DNA of 19,547 nucleotides from Bacteriovoracaceae bacterium. GTDB taxonomy: Bacteria > Bdellovibrionota > Bacteriovoracia > Bacteriovoracales > Bacteriovoracaceae. Location: positions 1 to 19,547 of the forward strand of contig JBFGZE010000066.1 in NCBI GenBank assembly GCA_041586955.1, written 5' to 3'. Below the pieces are notes generated by a model. That model was not told the origin of the DNA. It saw only the letters and a program-made list of their open reading frames with translations, and did not search any database. Shown here one piece after another: positions 16,052 to 19,547 of the stretch. A program made the position numbers and the translations under genes. Within the stretch, counting starts at the first letter, position 1, and each line of letters begins with the position of its first letter.

Positions 16052-17266
16052 GTGATAATTAAATTAGGGCTTCGCAATGTACTCCGAAATAGAAGGAGAT
16101 CATTTCTTTCGTCTCTCGCCATTGGGATAGGCCTCGCTTCTCTAATCTTTGCCGATGGTTTTATTATTGGAATGAAAGAAAGCCTCATCAAGACTGTGAC
16201 GGAAACGTATTTAGGTCAGGCCCAGATTCATGCTAAAGGATATAGGGAAAGGCCAGAAGCTGAAAATACAATTAAAAATTTATCGATCATTAAAAAAAAA
16301 CTGAATGAGTTGAGCGAAGTTAAGGCCTGGACCACTCGTGTTTCTTCTGTTGGAATGATTAGTTCACCAAATAATATGATTAATACACAAGTGATTGGGA
16401 TCGATAAAGATAAAGAAAAAAGGATATCTAAGATATTGCAGGTCATAGTCTTTGGTAAATATTTGGAAACATCCCAGGACATATTAATCGGTCAGCGTCT
16501 TGCTAAAAAGTTAGATATACAATTAGGTGAAAAAATTGTGATGACTGTCGCCCAGGCGGAGTCTGATGAGTTGTCGCAAGAGCTCTTTAGGGTATCAGGA
16601 ATCTTTGAGTTTGGCATTAGGGAGCTAGATGGTGCAATGGCCTTCATTTTAGATTCAAAACTTGCGGCGATGATTAATAAAAAAGATCAGGCCCATGAAA
16701 TTGTCATTAAGTTTCATGACATTAAGATAGGGAACAAACAAAATCAACCGCTCTGGCAGGAACTGCAATTTACTGGTGATCAGGTCGAGAGTTGGGCCGA
16801 TTTGGTTCCTGAGATAATGTCCGCCTTAGAAATGACGGATGAATCGATGGGAATTATATCCGGTTTACTCCTTATTATTGTCCTTCTAGGAATTCTAAAT
16901 ACATTATTTATGTCAATTTTTGAACGGATGTTTGAATTTGGTGTTCTTCAAGCTCTTGGCACACGCTCTAGTAAGGTTTTTCAAATGATTCTGGCCGAGG
17001 CCGTATGGTTGGGGTTGTTTAGCATTGTAATCGGAATCATAGTATGTCTTATGGTAACATATCTGGTTAATTTGGATGGTATTAGCTACGCAGGTGTCGA
17101 AATGGGGGAGGTTACTATGACGGAACCAATCTATGTTGTTGTAACAGCGAAGCAATTTATTTATTATCCATTTTTATTAATTATTTTTACGATTGTCGCA
17201 GCAATATATCCAGGTCTTCATGCAACGAGAATAACGCTTGTTGATGCCATGAAAAAGTCACTGTAG
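16052..17266 (+). CDS. Second ABC transporter permease, FtsX/MacB (LolE-like) family
   Basis: GLRNVLRNRRRSFLS and GILNTLFMSIFERMFEFGVLQALG motifs; start moved from 15983 to GTG 16052 after a G-rich SD, removing a 58-nt overlap. Confidence 0.9.
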   Translation: MIIKLGLRNVLRNRRRSFLSSLAIGIGLASLIFADGFIIGMKESLIKTVTETYLGQAQIHAKGYRERPEAENTIKNLSIIKKKLNELSEVKAWTTRVSSVGMISSPNNMINTQVIGIDKDKEKRISKILQVIVFGKYLETSQDILIGQRLAKKLDIQLGEKIVMTVAQAESDELSQELFRVSGIFEFGIRELDGAMAFILDSKLAAMINKKDQAHEIVIKFHDIKIGNKQNQPLWQELQFTGDQVESWADLVPEIMSALEMTDESMGIISGLLLIIVLLGILNTLFMSIFERMFEFGVLQALGTRSSKVFQMILAEAVWLGLFSIVIGIIVCLMVTYLVNLDGISYAGVEMGEVTMTEPIYVVVTAKQFIYYPFLLIIFTIVAAIYPGLHATRITLVDAMKKSL

Positions 17267-17276
17267 GGATAAGGAT

Positions 17277-17981
17277 ATGAACTCTAAAAATGCTACCCTA
17301 TTTGAACTAACGGATGTCTATAAACGCTATGGTAATAGCAAGGAAACAATGGTGAACGCTCTGGAGGGAGTCAGCCTCAAAATAGAACGGGGCGAGTTTA
17401 CATCTATTGTAGGACCTTCCGGATCTGGTAAATCCACCTTGTTAAATATATTAAGTGGTCTTGATGTGTGCACAGAAGGAATTGTTAAATTAAGTGGCAA
17501 GGAGTTAAGTGCGATGCGTGGAGCGGAGCTTTCAGATTTTAGAAGGGACCATATTGGATTTATCTTCCAGTCTTATAATTTAATACCCGTTCTTACTGTT
17601 AAAGAAAATATTGAATATGTAATGGTTCTTCAGGGAGAAAACGCGAAAAAACGAAAGGAACGAGTAAGCGAAGTTCTTAAGGAACTCGGCCTGGAGGGGA
17701 AAGAGAACCGCCTTCCTCGAGAACTTTCTGGCGGTCAACAGCAAAGAGTCGCGGTAGCAAGGGCGATTGCTTCAAAACCTGAAATTATTTTGGCCGATGA
17801 GCCTACCGCAAACCTAGATTCAAAAACGGGAGCAGAACTTGTCGAAATGATGAAAACATTAAACGTGAATCATAATACGACATTTGTATTCTCGACTCAT
17901 GATCCTATTATTATGGATCGCGCCAAGAGACTAATCGTTTTAAAAGATGGGAAAATTGTCAATGATACAATTCACGCCTAA
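17277..17981 (+). CDS. ABC transporter ATP-binding protein, LolD/MacB-like
   Basis: Walker A GPSGSGKST, IGFIFQSYNLIP, LSGGQQQRVA, ILADEPTANLD, STHD. Confidence 0.95.
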   Translation: MNSKNATLFELTDVYKRYGNSKETMVNALEGVSLKIERGEFTSIVGPSGSGKSTLLNILSGLDVCTEGIVKLSGKELSAMRGAELSDFRRDHIGFIFQSYNLIPVLTVKENIEYVMVLQGENAKKRKERVSEVLKELGLEGKENRLPRELSGGQQQRVAVARAIASKPEIILADEPTANLDSKTGAELVEMMKTLNVNHNTTFVFSTHDPIIMDRAKRLIVLKDGKIVNDTIHA

Positions 17982-19146
17982 TTTTAAATTATTAACCTGG
18001 TCATTATTGATTTTTCTATTAGTCAATCCTGCCAATGCTCGAGGTTATAAATGGGGAGGCAATTTTAAAACTCATGCTCTCTTTGATGACTTCAGCTTTT
18101 TAAAAGCAATTCGAGCAAAGAAAGAGCTCTCCTCGCTCACCTCTATTCGGCTTAATCATTTTTATACTATGGGTGATGCCCATAATTTTGAAATGGCCTA
18201 TGCTTTTTCTACTCAATGGGCAAAAAGGCCTGTCCAGGCCTCAGTTACGCATTCTGTTAAATATAGAGTGAAAGACCTTGAGTCCACTCCATCATTTAAT
18301 ATTGGGAAAAATAGTCATTTTTATCAGAACTTAGACCGCTTTATTTGGAATTATGTGGGACCCTCAATCGATTTATACGTTGGCCGCCAGGCAGTTAGTA
18401 CAGGGTCTGGTCGTAGTGTCAATCCCACCGATATATTTCTACCTTTTGCTATTGGCAGTTTTGATAGTGAATATCGAACAGGTATTGATGCGATAAGAGC
18501 GAGGTTGCCCTTTGGCGATATGGGTGAGTTCGATGGAGGGATAGTTTTGGGGGAAAATGCAAAATCCGCTGCTAATGCTTTCTTTATTAATGTGAAAAAA
18601 CCAATAAAAGATTGGGATATTCTTTATACAGCTATTAGTTATCGCCGCAATTTATTGCTTGGCCTCGATTTGCAAGGTAGCCTCTTTTCACAAGGGGTGT
18701 GGCTAGAGGCCGCTTATAATAAAATGCGCTCCTATAAAAATGTGGAAAAACAATATTTACGAACTGTGGTAGGAATGGATTACCGTTATTCTGATGATAT
18801 TATGCTGTACATTGAATACCAGCATAATGGAGCCGGAACGAGGTATCCTTTGAACTATAGTTTAAATATAGATTCATTAGCGTATCGAGAAGGAGGCGTT
18901 TTTTTTCTGGCCAAAAATTACCTGGCACCAGGAATAAGTATTCAAATAACTCCTTTATGGATTGTCTCAGCTAATGCTATTTTAAATATTGATGACTCAT
19001 CTATATATTACAATCAAAAGGTTGAATGGAATTTTAAAGATAATTTCTATGGTGATTTTAACCTATTGTTGGTTGACGGAAAAATAAATAGCGAATTCTT
19101 TAATTACTCTAATCGAGCCGCTTTATCGATGAGGATTTACTACTAA
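17962..19146 (+). CDS. Putative outer-membrane beta-barrel protein (hypothetical)
   Basis: Signal peptide ending ANA; aromatic-rich amphipathic strands; LDR...VGRQ...G and GIDAIR motifs; C-terminal ...LSMRIYY beta-signal-like end. Start uncertain (17947 or 17962). Confidence 0.65.
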   Translation: MIQFTPNFKLLTWSLLIFLLVNPANARGYKWGGNFKTHALFDDFSFLKAIRAKKELSSLTSIRLNHFYTMGDAHNFEMAYAFSTQWAKRPVQASVTHSVKYRVKDLESTPSFNIGKNSHFYQNLDRFIWNYVGPSIDLYVGRQAVSTGSGRSVNPTDIFLPFAIGSFDSEYRTGIDAIRARLPFGDMGEFDGGIVLGENAKSAANAFFINVKKPIKDWDILYTAISYRRNLLLGLDLQGSLFSQGVWLEAAYNKMRSYKNVEKQYLRTVVGMDYRYSDDIMLYIEYQHNGAGTRYPLNYSLNIDSLAYREGGVFFLAKNYLAPGISIQITPLWIVSANAILNIDDSSIYYNQKVEWNFKDNFYGDFNLLLVDGKINSEFFNYSNRAALSMRIYY

Positions 19147-19171
19147 GTATGAACTTAATTGTTATTTAAAG

Positions 19172-19547
19172 TTAGTACGGAATAGATATTGTAATATCTG
19201 AAAGTGAACAAGACTGGCCGGTATCTGAGCTCATAAATGCTTTCCAATACAAGTTTCCAGCTCCTGCTTTACTCGCAAAACTGGTAATATTAGCGGTCAT
19301 CATTGCAGCGCTAGAACTTTGAGAGGTTGTTTCACTGGCGGCAGTAACCCAGTCAGATCCATTATGATAATAATAAGTCGATCCATTAGGAGAGAGTTGA
19401 TACGTCAATGAGCAGCTCCCGTTTTCAGTCATTTTAATGCTTTTTAGATCGCTGTAAGCAATAGGTGATTTTGGTTTGATCACAGGTGAGCCGCCATAAT
19501 ACCGCCCAGTCGGTTCAACTTCGATGGAGGTCAGCTCCGGCATACAA
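19172..19547 (-). CDS. C-terminal part of a hypothetical, probably extracellular beta-rich protein (5' end likely outside the window)
   Basis: Frame is still open upstream of ATG 19543 (codon TGT) at the window edge; Ser/Thr/Gly/aromatic-rich; two Cys in the 123-aa ORF. Confidence 0.6.
   Translation of the reverse strand, partial: CMPELTSIEVEPTGRYYGGSPVIKPKSPIAYSDLKSIKMTENGSCSLTYQLSPNGSTYYYHNGSDWVTAASETTSQSSSAAMMTANITSFASKAGAGNLYWKAFMSSDTGQSCSLSDITISIPY

Noticed and set aside
11204..17155. Short alternative ORFs 11204-11458, 13700-13888, 14504-14725, 15582-15854, 16009-16191, 16228-16482 and 16913-17155
   Set aside because: Antisense or out-of-frame overlaps with confident genes (13700-13888 is mostly intergenic but has no motif support)
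1..19547. CRISPR array, tRNA/rRNA, IS element, integrase or prophage
   Set aside because: No regularly spaced repeats, RNA-gene signatures or transposase/integrase motifs seen by eye; intergenic gaps are at most about 320 nt

Overview
AT-rich, gene-dense bacterial window with 21 supportable CDSs; no rRNA, tRNA, CRISPR array or mobile element was recognised. The gene style suggests a Gram-negative organism, possibly Bdellovibrionota-like, but that is only an impression. In order: (1) a five-gene + strand operon encoding a membrane-anchored Hsp20 and a GldA/GldF/GldG-like ABC system with a DUF4340-type protein, closed by a terminator; (2) a DUF2391-like membrane protein coupled to a pyrimidine-dimer glycosylase-like gene; (3) a - strand operon encoding an NhaR-like LysR regulator, a circularly permuted ATP-grasp-like ligase and an M14/AstE-AspA zinc amidohydrolase, divergent from two coupled small exported proteins of opposite extreme charge (about +20 and -17), followed by a terminator and a SET-domain gene; (4) an SRPBCC gene and an OsmC-YcaO fusion; (5) a LolA-like protein, two FtsX-MacB permeases, a LolD-like ATPase and a probable outer-membrane barrel; (6) the 3' end of a gene truncated by the window. 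The best candidate for an undescribed system is block 3 (6264-10800), a possible LysR-controlled peptide ligation/removal system. All family calls are by motif recognition, not database search.
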